From Eledone cirrhosa (Eukaryota): a stretch of 64,000 bases of DNA. Positions within the stretch are counted from its first letter, which is position 1, and each line of letters opens with the position of its first letter. A program made the translations under genes and the position numbers. Shown here piece after piece: positions 12,228-26,086 of the stretch. The notes under the pieces are model-generated. The model saw only the letters and a list, made by a program, of their open reading frames with translations, did not search any database and was not told the origin of the DNA. The stretch lies in assembly GCA_964016885.1 (NCBI GenBank), contig OZ024741.1, positions 310,744,001-310,808,000 of the forward strand, written 5' to 3'.

Positions 12228-13259
12228 CTGTGCGTGTGTGTGTGTTTGCGCATCTTAGACAGGTTCGGTTGACGGCACTTCCTGACATATAAAGCAACGT
12301 TTCCCAACATATGCGATATCACTCGATGGTGGGCGATTCCAACTATTGCACGTGCAGTGTGCAACCGAACGGAAAATGGTAGGTAATTGGAAAGTTTTGT
12401 GGTGGATATGGGATTTTGAGTATTATGGTCTTTTAACATGTTACCCGAGAAAGATATTCAAAGGAGATGTACAAAGAACTCGTTTAACAAAACCGGACGC
12501 TATACGAGAAACAATTCCCGAGATAAGATCTGAACAATCCAGCAAACAAGGGACATTTTGGTATTTTCTATAGTTTTAAGAATAGTTCTTTGGATGAAAT
12601 ATGTATTTTTCGCATATAAATCAGGTAAGGGAAGACCAAGAATAATTTTTCTAGTAAAATTATCAAATGACTTCAGAAGAAAATTTCCAACGCCAGCACC
12701 GGGATCGTACATAGAATTGACACGCGCGATGACCACTAAGAACTATGACGAAAGGCTGTTGACAAGGAAATGCGGACGATAATACCAGGCAAAATATGAG
12801 AATCCGAAGATGGTAACTATCCATAACTCAAACCGCATGCTCATATAAACAGACAGCCATTTGATGTTGTTGGATTGTATTGATCGGCAAATGATTGAAA
12901 CGCTCTTGTCTTCTTGTATTTGTGACAATGGTCTTCCAGTAACAATATAACATATTTAACGAACATTTCCTTATCTATTGTTTCTCCAATTGTTTCAGTG
13001 TATTGTACAATATTTAAACACCTCGATGTCGCCATTTAACAATATTTGTGGCCAATACAGCATTATTATTTTATGGAGTTATCGCTTCACCACAGAACAC
13101 TCAACCAAACTTTAGACAATGAAACCTTCACTATAAAATATCATATATATTCTAATCATGCCAACCAGATGCAATAACCACCTTTGTCATATTTCTGCCA
13201 AATTAAAGCTTCATTCAAAAAGCATAAAATGTCGGAATTTCAGAAGGTAATTAGACAGC

Positions 13260-14780
13260 AAATAAAGTGACGATTGCATCGTACTAAACGGCTTTACCGG
13301 CCGCAAAGGTCGGTACGTCGCACACATTATGTAAAACATTACTTCTATCTATTATTGAAGAAGTTCCCTCAACTGTAATGCATAAAAAATCACATTATGA
13401 TGATATTTCCATTTAGTGATAACAATTTCTCGTCGTATATGTGAATAACTATCAACGTCCAAAATACTCTAATCCATTATCTCCGGAGTTCTGAATTTTT
13501 CATACAAGTTATCGAACCAGCAGTTGTAAGAAATCAATGCTTGATTATAATGTATGTTCATATTTTTAAATGAACATATTCAAACATTCGGGTAGATGCT
13601 GTTTAGTGATCAATTGTTGATTGACCTAAAGGCACGTCTATTTTAGATTTATTAAAGTTATTTTCAAATGAACCATAACCTTCATTGAACAATATTGCTG
13701 ACTGTGCAATTGATGGAGGGGAGCGCATGTTTTATTAGGTAAATATAGAAGTTTCTCTTCTCTCTTAAATCGTGGACTATATCATCCTATTTCAATAGTC
13801 AATTGTATGGTTCAAAGGCAGCAATTAGAGGCAAAGATAACAACGGGAGGCTTTGCTGATGTCCTGCAGTTAGTTGTTAAAACTGTGAACAAGCTAAAAT
13901 CGAATTCTTTGTCTGAACGAAATTTCCGTCCACTCAGCCCTGATAAGGTTGATGACTATGTGAGGGTTTTGTACCATATTGAAGTACGATGGTTGTCAAA
14001 AGGCAACTGTGTTGTCAGTTTTGTCGATCTTTTTGACAATAATTTTTAATACACTCCACTATACAGTTCTCTGATTATTTCAAAATGTGATATTTTTTCC
14101 TTAGTGACTTATTCGCAAAAGTAAATGATCCCAATACATTATTACAAAGTAAAATACGCTTTCCAACTGTAAATCGGCTTCAATGCTTTCATTTCTAAAC
14201 TAACACTCTATAAGATAAATGTTTCGTGGGGATCAAGTCCATCAATTTCAACGATTGAACAGCTCGAAAGATGAATTGGTTGATCAGGATGTCATTACAT
14301 ATCACAATTATTTGCTACCATTGCATGATGACATGGTACAGATTTCAGGATATTATCGCATTGTCAGTTCCAGTTTTGGATAACAACCCGTTTGAAGTTA
14401 GAGTAATCGATTGCAAAGAATATGTCCATGACGAATTGATTTACAAAATGACAATGATGCCACAATGCGCTATCGGTTTTAGGAAAATCACGTCTTGTGG
14501 TATTATTAAAATATAGTGACATATTTTCAAAACCTAATAAAAGTTAATAAAATACAGTTTTGTTCTATAATATGGCAGCATCAGCAGTCGCATAAGTCAG
14601 CGTTATTTGTTACCCCACTTTGATATTTTTTATGACATTATAAAATGTCAGTTTACGAGTAACTACCAAACTTTTACCAAATATTTTTGGTATACTTTCG
14701 AATATTTACGATATAGACAGGCGGCGAAAAATGTTTTCATGTGAAAGTGGGCGATGATGAAAAAGTTGGGGAAACCTTGT
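13260..14780 (+). mobile_element. Degraded hAT (Charlie/Buster-type) DNA transposon
   Basis: VVKTVNKLKSNSLSERNF...LYHIEVRWLSKGNC matches the Buster/ZBED5-like LLHTEVRWLSKG motif. A Charlie-like end aaaaagttggggaaaccttg lies at ~14760-14779. Confidence 0.7.
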
Positions 14781-14819
14781 AGTAGAATATATCAAGCATA
14801 TTCAAAGTTTAGTACCCCA

Positions 14820-17800
14820 TTCCACGGTTGCAGTGCTAACACAAGGACTTCTGCAAGATATCAATCGGTCATGGAGCGATAGTTTGCAGCAAGAGAGCAG
14901 CTAGTTAATTCTCATTGACACATATAATCTTTCGAGGACGTCGTCGTTCTTTTCCGACACTAATCCTCTATAGAAGGCCATATTGGAGTTTGTAGAGACC
15001 GCAGTGCCCGATTGGTAGTCAATCACTCCTTCGCGGTTTGTTTCACCCAGGATTTCAGTATCGTGAAGGAGGTGAGCTAAGGAAAGACGATTCACACCTG
15101 ATCACCGTCAAGGTAACACTGGATATGGAACTACCTCCCCATGTGCTGATTCGGATGTCACTGATGTTTTTCTGGTTAACCTTTGCTACAGTTATCGCCT
15201 TGCACACGCGTGAGCGATGCCTAACACCCAGGTTTCGCGGGATGGTCATCAGTGCTTCCAACTTTTGAGGTAATAGCTGAAGATTCAGTACGCGCAAAAG
15301 TTGTTACAGAAGGTATCCTTTATGGAGCGAGCTCATGATACGGAACGGCGCTGTATTTGCAGCGATCTATCCCCTGAAAAGTCCCCATGACCGAATGCCT
15401 TAAAGAACGCAGTCAGGTACCGATGGTCGACATCATCCAAAGTTTTCAATTGATCTGAGATTATTAGCGCCCTATCCAGGACAGTTTCTCAGTCACCCTC
15501 TCTCTGATGTATGGGGTGGTATTTGTCCTGGAAGGACATATCGGGAATGACACACATCCGCTCTCCTACACTAGCAGAACCTCAACCAGAACAATAGCTA
15601 AAGTTTTAAAACTTATCAATATAATCATCCTTGTTTGGTTGCATTCCTTGCAGCGCTGCAGCACCTCGACATACAGAAATTGAATTCTGTCATTCTTTTA
15701 CCAGTTGGTGTAGACATCTGAAAAAAGTCGAATTGTGCATTTGTTGCCCCGTTGTACCACCGCAACTGGGCCAATCAGATGTTTTTTGTCAATTCTAGGA
15801 GAATGCACGCTAATTCAAACACAACTGCATACTTGCTTCACATTGAAGAGTTAGTCAAGGCTCAGTCTCACTATCAAGCAGTCATGATGCTTTCCTAAAT
15901 ACCCTATAGTGCTTCCTGCCTAGTTCTCTCTTTATTTATTTCGATTGCTTTTCCTTCACTACACCCGAAGGATTATATTGTAAACGTCATTTTGATGGGG
16001 AATCACCATTTGTTGTTGGCGATTGTGTCTGTCAACGCTTAACTAATTTCGCACTCCCGTCTGTGTAATCTTTGGGCCCTGGAAGTGATTTCTTCATTTT
16101 CCAGTTATCTGTGTAGTGGAGGACTTCCAACTTTTGGATGTTATCACTATCAACTACTCTACAGCCAATCTAGATACTCTATGAATGGCCCGATGTTATT
16201 TGAACAGGTCTATACTGGTTCATCGAGGAAATCCACTCGGTAATTATCAGATTGTTGGTAGTGACTGAGAAGGTTTTTGAGGCTTTTCTGACCTCCTCCC
16301 CTGTCTACTAGTCTACACAGGCACAGCATTCATTCAAGACCCCATTCCAGTAGCTCATTAACAACTAAAGAGGACCTTTCTCAGAAAGTTCTCCTGATGG
16401 CCCCAACATTCTATCCCACTTGTTCCTTTCATAGCTCTGACGGCCTCTAGCCCGAATGCATGTCCTTCGCTGTTGATCACGTCCAGCTCCATCAACTTAA
16501 CGTCTGGCTCCAGGAAGGGGGTTGATATCGTGAAATCTGAGCATTTAAAAACAACATAAAGATTCCCCTACCCTATTCTGGACAACTTGGAGATATGTAC
16601 GCCTCCTAACCAATTGAAATGCGTACTAAATCTTGAAGTCTGTACCTTTTGATTAAGCCCATGTAAACTACATCTATATTAAGCGAACTGAGGCTGTTAA
16701 ACAGGTGACAACTGCTTCGAAAGTGACCCCAGCATATATATTTCACATCACCTAATTTGAGTAAGGCTATGATTTAAGAAAAAGAAAAGAATAGTGATAA
16801 GGAGCACACACCTCTTTTTGCATGGAAGGGTGCATTGTTCTTCCTGCGGGTAATGTCTTGCAAATCACCAAGTGTACGTTTAGTTATATTTCTCTGTAAA
16901 TAACCTCCTTCATTTGGGTATTTGGTTTTTGTTGTGTGTAAATATGTTGTATTATTTGTATAGGATTGGTGATTGGCAGTATCGGTAGAGGGTCGGACGC
17001 CATGCTTTGAAGCATAGAGTTACCTCCCTGTATGATCTGAGTTCAAATCCCGTCGAGGTTAACTTTGCCTTTCATCCTTAAAGGGTCGATAAAATAAAGT
17101 ACCAGTAATGCACTGGGTAATTGCTGACCTTGTGCCAAAAGTAGAAACAATTATTTGTATAGGATTGGCAGTATCGGTAGAGGGTCGGCGACCATGCTTT
17201 GTAGTAAAGTTACGTCCCTTTACGGTCTGAGTTCAAATCCCGCCGAGTTTAACTTTCATCATTACGGGGTCGATAACATATAGTACCAGTAATGTACTGG
17301 GATAATTGCTGGCCTTGTGCCAAAAGTAGAAACAATTATTTGCATAATCTGTGTGCTAGTATAGCGACATGGGTGTTGTGAAATTTACTTGTTCTATGTA
17401 TGTATTTGTATGTTCTTCATTAAGTCCGCATTCTTTGAACTTATGGTCATGAGATTTTTAACCTTAGTTTTTGTTAGGTTTTGTTTTGTTATTGTTGTAT
17501 TTTGTAAATTGGGCTGTGTTTACGGTATTGGTGAACTTTTTGGTGTCTGTGGCCGTGGCGAGCCTGGAGTTTCTTTTTGTGAATTTTTTTCCCTTTGGGA
17601 TTTTATCTTGTCCACATTGTCTGTAATTGAGTATTCATCATCATGTTTTAATCGTTCGTCTTCTCAGTTTGATTATAGGAGTACACCTCTAATATTTCTC
17701 AGAATTGCCGCACGCCATGTATTTTAGGAGAAGAAGGTGACTATTCTCCTTTAAGTGTGTCCATGCAGCTCAAAAGAGGCAATTGGCTTTTCCGAGCTCC

Positions 17801-17950
17801 CACACTCAGCCTAAGGCTCCTGGCCTTGAATCTCGCTTGTTTTTAATCCAATTGTACGGGAAGTCGTTGTGCAACGAATTGTGTTTTGAATTATGTTTGT
17901 CGGGATTTCAATGTTAATTATTTTGCCGGATTGTCCGACATACAGTTGAA
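14820..17950 (-). mobile_element. Old, degraded Tx1/L1-clade LINE related to the 31-49 kb copies
   Basis: Minus-strand fragments AFYRGLVSEKNDDVL, ALIISDQLKTLDDVDHRYL, WNGVL and LEPDVKLMELDV match ORF2 of the intact-looking copies in the right order. Confidence 0.7.
16968..17338 (+). mobile_element. Two head-to-tail tRNA-derived SINE copies inserted in the old LINE
   Basis: gattggcagtatcggtagagggtcgg...gttcaaatccc...agtagaaacaattatt occurs twice. Confidence 0.9.
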
Positions 17951-19099
17951 AAACATCCACCACACTATACAGCCGAGAGCCTAAAAGCCACGAATAATAA
18001 ACGATAAAAACAATAAATCAAAGCGAAAGTAAAAAAAGTAAAAGAAAATTAAGTACCTGTTAGTAGCATAGATGACATTTATTGAATGTTGATATTTAAC
18101 ACGTGTTAAAGTATTAAGTGTTCATTAAAAATAGGTGCGTAAGGAGTAAAGTGATAGATAATAGAAGACCAAGCAACTGGAAAAATATAACGTTTCCAGA
18201 AAATAATAAAAGATATTGCAAATTCTTATAAGTCTCTAAATACAAATTACTAATCAACAAGCCATGAGAGATAACTGCAGAAAATGAAATAATAATATTA
18301 AGTATGGCATGTATTGATTAGCATGAGATTTTGACAGTGTCACCTACATTCGCATATTGGACACATTAGCCATGAATAAAATAACTCTAACAATAGAAAT
18401 CATTCATCATCTATATCACATGTAAGTAACAAACAATTCTGCAAATAAATAGAAAAGTTGTAGTTATATACAAAGAGACTATCCTAGTAAAAAGAAGGAT
18501 ATTTTAAGGGGACACCCACTCATCACTTCTCTTCTATCTAGCACTGAAACCAATAACTGAGATACTGAACAAGACTAGACACGAATATAAATGGTAGGGT
18601 AAGAAAAATATAAATAATTGAAAATGGAAAATCTAAAGCTGCATGCTGCAAACAGAAGTAAATTGAAACACTGGTGGAAAGACTACATAGATTCACAAAG
18701 GAATTAAGCAGAACTTGAGAAAGCGAACATAATCTTTGATGTCTCAATAAGCACAGACGTTAAGATCAAAGACAACTGATCCGATAATATAGGGAAACAA
18801 CACAAAGAAAGAGTATTGCCTACTAACTGACGGATATATATATAAGTAGAAAACAAATTACAGGGATAGACTTGGTAAATTGAATGTTCTCGAAAGACGC
18901 CGACTTGTTCGTCAGCTACATCGAAGCTCAAATTTTCTCCCAGTATACTGCACCTACACCTGAGCTATACGGCCGTTACATCGAGTATTCTATCGGCGCC
19001 ACTTCTTTCTCCCACGAACTGCTTGATTCCTCTTTTTCTTTTGTCCAGTCTTTCCAACCCACCCTTACCTCCATTATCTCCTTAACTAGGTTTATCTAG

Positions 19100-22000
19100 G
19101 TATACCTAGCAAGGGCAGAGGGAGAAAAACAATAGCTCATGTTCTTCGTCGCAAAGATCAGTTGAAGGAAGTATATTGGATTACAAGAGAGTGTGCTAGA
19201 GAAAATCGTGAAATGGTCGAAATGGTAGTGGAACACTTACCCTGTCTTATGCCGAAAAGAAGGAGACATATAGTACTTACTATGAGAGACTACTGAACGA
19301 AGAGAATAAATGGGACAGTAAGGGCTTACCGCATGTAGAGCTGACTAAGGCATCAGCTAAGAAGTTGACAGCAGTGAGATAGATAAAGCAATTAAGGAAA
19401 TGGAGGTAGAGAAGGCTACTCGTCCATCTGGTATATTTGTTGAGAGGCTAAAAGCACCTGGCATTGTAGGATATGTGCTAGTCGGTCATATAGTTAATCA
19501 AGTATACAAGAAAGGTGTCATACCCAATGACTGCAGCAGCAAAGTTATTGTCAACTTCTACAAGGGCAATGAGGATTCACTAGAGAGAATAAGAACATGT
19601 TTGATTTCTAGTGCTGCATGGCAGGATGAAAATTAATACTGCGAAAACTGAGACTCTCGTCATCTCAGGAATCTTGTGCTGTGCAATCTATATATGAAAT
19701 ATATAGATTGCACAGGAGAAACACGGAGAGAAATTCAAGTATCTCGGGGCCATGTTCACAAGTGATGAAATGCATGAGGCTGAATTAAGTGCAAGAATTG
19801 CACGAGCTGGTGCTGTAATGCGCCAGCTTCAGCAGTCGGTTTCAAAAGAAAGGATGTAGGTGAAAGATCTAAACTAGTTATCTTCAGTACGGTATTCGTG
19901 TGAACACACATTATGGTCATGAATCTTGGGTAATGACCAAACGAATATGATCGTGAATGCAAGCGTCAGAAATGGGGTTTCTCCGAAAGGTATTATGCGT
20001 AACGTTACTCAGTAGGTTGCGTAGCTTGGAGATCAGGACTCCCTCCAGGGAGAGTCGCTACTTCTCCGTATTGAGAGATTACAGAAACAATACTATATGA
20101 AATTGTTTAGAATGTCTCTTGAAAAAAATCGCTAGACAGATGTTACGGGTAAACGCAACCGGTAGGAAGCTCAGTGAACGCGCAAGATGGTTGGATAACA
20201 TCCATGAGCTCATCTGATCGAGATTGGGGATAGAGCCGGATCATTTGGAGAGGGTTGCCTCTGACAAACCCACTGGAAAGAATGGTTGAAGACTTTTCCC
20301 CCACTACAATTTTATGAAGAAGAAGAAGAAGAAGAAGAAGAAGAAGAAGAAGACGAAGAAGAAGAAGAAGAAGAAGAAGAAGAAGAAGAAGAAGAAGAAG
20401 AAGAAGAATAGTGCCATTGATTCCCCCTTTATAGTGCGACGACTGCTTGATAGGTACTTAGTTAAGTGTAACCATTGTATCTGGATTTTGTAGATAGGGT
20501 GCCATTCTCTGTAATATGTTGGACACTTAGGAAATTAGATGTATATGAATGTCTTGTGAGAGCATTGTGGGCCATGTATAAACAAGTTGGAAGCCAGTAG
20601 AGTGATGAAGTGCAGTTCGATGTCCACCGTGGCTCAGTCCTTAGTCCACTCCTATTTGTCAGTGTTCTTCACTGTTCTTCAAGGAGTATTTCAAAACTGG
20701 TACTCTGTGGGCGTTCCTATATGCTGATGACCTAGTACTCAAAATGAATCCGTAGGACGGTAAGGGATAAAACTTGAAACATGCAAGAACCTAGAGTTGA
20801 AATGCCTAAAACTAGTTGCATCAAAGGCAAAAGGGCTAATTACGAAAGAGGACAAGAAGGTGATACAATCAGGGAGAAGGGTGTGTTCGATATGCCAGAA
20901 ATTGGTGCGCAGGAGTTCTATAAGGTGCACAGAGTGCAATCGATGGGCTCACAAGAGATGTGGCTGATGCACAGAAGAAGGGACCACTAAGAACTTGCGT
21001 GAGGGATATTCCTTTAGCTTCCATGGAAGCTCCAAGAAATTATCAACAGCCTTTGTTATTTAGGCGATCAAAATCACAAGTGTGGAGATCCACTGAAAGT
21101 GTAACAACCAGGATCAGAATAGGCTTATACCTCTACGAATAACAAGCATTTTCTCACTCGGAGGGAAGATGAGACAGTATGATGCCTGTGGGCAGAGGGC
21201 AATGCTAAATGGGCCTTAACTACAGAAACGTGGGCCTTAACTACAGAAGACCTTAGAAGGCTGGAGAGAAATGACGACAGTATGCTCCGATTAATGTGAA
21301 ATATTAATGTGCATGGACGATGTAGTAGAAATGAACTGAGAAGAAAACATTATATAAGAGGATTTGGATAAAATGTGTTAAAGAGAGATTACTCTGGTAT
21401 GGATATGTGATACGTATGGAAGATAGCAGTTGAACAAAGAAATGCAGAGCAATCGCAGTGGCTGGAACACGAGGAAAAGGCAGACCAAAAAGACTTGTGA
21501 TGACAAAGAATCGAATGGGCTGACGCTATGCTTTGTTAATGAAGACCCGACCAGAATCATAAGATATGACCTGACCCATCCATGAACAAGCCCCTCCCTC
21601 CTACTATTACTCTCCCTATCTGTTCACGCCAATGCGGCATCCACTACACATACACCCTCGACAACCATTCACACGCTAAACACCTTAGATATCCTCACCA
21701 TTGGCCAATAGTAGCTGCCTTCTATCCTCATTGTTCACGCCACTCTACTAGCAAACCTTATCCATCACTAGCCCTTACCCATCTCTCTAACACGACCCCA
21801 ATCTCTATCGACCACATTCTTCACTACCCCCCCCCCCCCCCTCCCCGTACACTAATCAGCTATCCCTAATTCATACCCATCCCTAACCCCGCTTCCTATC
21901 TCTCCATCACCTCCCATATCACCACCATGTTGATCACATCCCTCACACCACTACTCCCCATATACTAATCAGCAACTCCTACCCTTTAGTCAGTGGCCTG

Positions 22001-22462
22001 CCAAAGAACCCCCCACACATACCTATAACTTCATACTTATCTCCCTCCCTTATTGTCCCTCCTCCATATTTGAGAGGGTTCTGCAGTTGGATTTATGGTC
22101 AACATCCCCAGAGTGGTTGGTGAGAGGAAGTTTACCTGCTGTAGATTCCATACATAAAAGAATTGAGATAACCCTTTACTTGTTTTAAAAACACAACCTC
22201 CTTAGTTCTGCTGATCTACACAATAAAAGCAATCAGCACCCACTGTAAAGCAGTTGGTGTTACGAAAGGGATACGGTCGTAGAAAGTTTACTATACAAAG
22301 GGTGAGTAGGAAATTCAGTTTGTGTCAAAAAATAACTTCTCGATATGAACTTGGCCTGTCTGGTAGGTCAATAGCTACGCATCAGTAGTAATTTGTTCTA
22401 TGTAATCCCACCCAACACTTGCTTGCAGATGGAAGCGGACGTCAAATGATGAGGATGATGAC
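19100..22462 (+). mobile_element. Nested degraded RTE-clade LINE remnants, with a (GAA)n tail at 20316-20408 and a (GAT)n-like tail at ~22447-22461
   Basis: KATRPSGI..E.LKA, EKFKYLG-like, LYLDFVD.E.AF.RVP and GSVLSPLLF..LYADDL fragments. Duplicated at ~52710-55915. Confidence 0.65.
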
Positions 22463-22515
22463 ATATACCTATGTATACACACACACATACAAACAGACGC
22501 ACCCACTCACACACA

Positions 22516-22564
<49 letters not shown>

Positions 22565-22977
22565 GGGATAACAAATTATCGTTATAGGTAATCCAGTTAG
22601 AGGTTCTGAGTACTCTGTATTGTGGATAGCTTTAACGTACGGCGTTGTGTGACACAAGAGGTTTACTCAGTTAGGTGGCGAGTACCCGGGAATTCCTATG
22701 CAGGTTAATCTTGGATTAATAATAGTGAAAGAGTGACGAATAACATCGTCAACAGTACAACAACGGCTTTATTTACAGTATTAAAAATTGTTTCATTGAT
22801 TAGGATGTCTAAAGATTGCTAATCACTTGAAATGTCACTAAATCTTAAATACAGTGAATGCCTAATCAAATCATTGGAATAACGCAGTTATTCCAATCAA
22901 TGAAAGAATACTGTAAATAAAACCCTTTTTGTACTGTTGAGCATGTTATTCTTCACGCTTTCACTATATATATATAT

Positions 22978-25710
22978 ATTAATTCATAATATTAACAAAA
23001 TAGATATTCTTGTGATCAATTATATTTTATTATATATATTTCAGAGGTACTGAGTTAAGGTCAACAGTACGTCCTCATCAGATAAAATAAGATGATGCAT
23101 GACATAACCAGACATAGTAGATGGTTAAGATTCAGTCATGGTAGTGATTAACATATGACAAAACTCAATATTTATATCCTAATATTGAGAACATGAGATA
23201 ACATAATACAAACAGTAGAGAGGGTGCGTGTAATACAGCTTAAAAAATACATGGCATCAATATAACAGTTAAAAATAAAAAAAAAAACTACTGGAGAAAG
23301 AGGAGGGAAAGGAAAGTATACAGGAAAAAGACAAACATTTAAAATACTCGATCTTTTGGACGAAGCTTTGTAATAGTAAAATATATACGAACTCCTCTAT
23401 ATCAACTAACTGCAACCTCTGCACAAAGGAGACCCTATTAATAATTACTAATTATGAAAACCTAATTAACAAAAAAAGTGAATTATTCTCAAACTGCCTT
23501 CATAATGCTTTATCTACATTCCAAGCCTCGCAAAAAGTCAGAAAAAAACACTAAACAATCAGGCCTTAATTTTTGACGTCTCTTATCAACTGTTGTGCCT
23601 AAAAAGTCATAACGCTTAATAAAACTTTAATAATACTTTATCTTCTAATCATTTATGATAGAATTAATGTTCGAATGAAGTATACTCTTTTGATAACTTG
23701 TTTACTTGATAAATATGCATACCTTATGGTTTTTTTTTAGATATTTATAATTTTGATTCAGTTCTTTATTTATCTGTCTCTGTTTTAAATATATAATTTG
23801 GATATTTATCTTGTAAATTTACTGATTATAATTGAACTGTGGATCATTTATGCGTTTGCATATTTTACATATTTTACTCACTTTGAGTATGTTTTGGGGG
23901 ACTCAGAAAGTTAGATTTGCATTTTTTTTTTTTTTTATATATATCTTGGTATAAATATAACAAACCATAATAGTCGACAAATATGGGTCTCTCTCTCCAC
24001 TGAACTGGAGGTAAAACTACAATTATAGCATTAATAATAATGATTATAATTTTTTTTTTTATTAAATGTATACCGTTTCGTTAATACCTATAATAATATC
24101 TCTATATAGTTGTACAAATATCTTTATCTAGTGTAATAACATACTCGTAGTTACATTTATAAATAATTTAGACACTCAAATGAATCTATATTGTTATAAG
24201 TGTTTCATATTCCCTGGAAGTTCGAATTTATATAATGATTTTTAATTAATATAATATAATTTAATTTAACTTTATTTTATTTTAATTAAATTTAGATTAC
24301 CTTAGGCTTTTTAAATATTTAGCTCCTCTTTCTATCACATTCGCTAGCATATTTTAGATGTATCTTTTGTCTACTATATTAAAACCCTATTACATTTATA
24401 ATATATTTTTAATATTGGGCATCTTTAAGTTTCGCAAACAATTCATTATCTTTTATTTGTATATTTATTTTGTATCTAGCCCCTATAATTAGGACTCATA
24501 TAGTTTTGACTTATATGTTTATAGTATATATCAACTAAATGAAAATATTTGATATAAAACATCAATTTTTTAGCAATATTTTTTAACAATATTTTTTAAC
24601 TATATATATTGTTTGAACAATATTTTCAGTAACTTATTTACTATATTATATTATTGTATTATATTATATATATTTGAATGGTATCACCTCAATTATAAAA
24701 AAATAATAAATTATAATCCTTGTATATGTTTTGATCAACACATATGTATAATTAAAAATTCAGACTTCTTTAAGTTTAGTTCTAAGGCCGGTTGATCCTT
24801 TAGGCACTCAAACTATTTAACAATAAATTCTTCAATAATTATAACTATAATTATTTTATAAATTATTTTATATGAACTGTTGTGAATATTATAAATAATT
24901 TTGGTAAAGATTACCTTCGTGAGGGTATAAAAGCATTATACATTTTCTTTCCCGTGTTTCGTAAATCCTTTAAATTTGTTTTCATAAAATTTAGAAATTA
25001 AACATAATTATAGTATTAATACAAATACCTATTAACCTTTAAAACCTAAAATATTATTCATAACTCTGAAATAACTTAAATATTTTGAATATTAACGGCG
25101 AACTATATTAATTTGGATATATGTTGCATATATGGAAAACTGTATATAAACTTCAACATAAATTACTGCCCTTTGTCTCTCTTTCTCTTTAATCATCTTT
25201 CATTTGTTTTTTCGAGCCACCTATTAAATATATTATCACATCAGCTGTTTCTTCCTCTATGCTTTCCTTTCCCTCCTCTTTCTTCAGTTGTTTTTAAAAA
25301 TAATTTGTTAACTGTTATATTGATGCCATGTATTTCTTAAGCTGCATTACACCCACCCTCTCTATTGTTTGTATTATGTTATCTCATGTTCTCAATATTA
25401 GGGTATAAATATTGTGTTATGTCATATGTTAATCATTACCATCCCTGAATCTTAACCATCTAATATGTCAGGTTATGTCATGCATCATCTCATTTTATCT
25501 GATGAGGACGTAATGTTGAACTTAACTCAGTACCTCTGAAATATGTATAATAAAATATAATTGATCACAAGAATATCTATTTTGCTATTATTATGAATTA
25601 ATATTAATAACTCTGGAAAACCTTTTTTTCTTGTTGAGTGCTTCCAATCTATTGCAAAACTCATTCTTTGATGTATTCAATGAAGCTTGTTTAACTTTTA
25701 AATAAATAAA
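22978..25710. mobile_element. AT-rich degraded Penelope-like element with ~350-bp inverted repeats (22978-23330 / 25246-25602) and a GIY-YIG C-terminus at ~23340-23555 (+)
   Basis: Translation CNLCTKETLLII..NLINKKSELFSNCLH. Both arms carry an HHR, and the element is flanked by (TA)n. Duplicated at ~56410-59130. Confidence 0.75.
25492..25557 (+). ncRNA. Type-I HHR motif (other copies 23023-23089 -, 56455-56521 -, 58921-58987 +)
   Basis: attttat-CTGATGA-[gtactg...cagtac stem II]-GAAA-tatgt-ATA-ataaaat, with a 7-8 bp stem I. Confidence 0.65.
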
Positions 25711-25717
25711 TAAATAT

Positions 25718-25817
<100 letters not shown>

Positions 25818-25955
25818 TCCTTACCTTATAAAATTATATGTTTTTTCACAAAAAAGTATTCTGTCTCTTATATATTCCATGTGCCATTACCAACCTCAAT
25901 TTTCTCTATAACCTTCGTTTTGTGTAGAAACTTACACTTTTCATATATATATATG

Positions 25956-25997
<42 letters not shown>

Positions 25998-25999
25998 TG

Positions 26000-26076
<77 letters not shown>

Positions 26077-26086
26077 TATATATATA

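Noticed and set aside
21582-22070. C-rich region with a few ccctaa words, as a telomeric repeat or a Pro/His-rich gene
   Set aside because: There is no tandem array. It is low-complexity 3' sequence of an RTE-like remnant, and the ORFs differ between the duplicates.
23560-25240. Mitochondrial insertion (very AT-rich)
   Set aside because: No mitochondrial gene, rRNA or tRNA was recognised, and it is enclosed by PLE arms.
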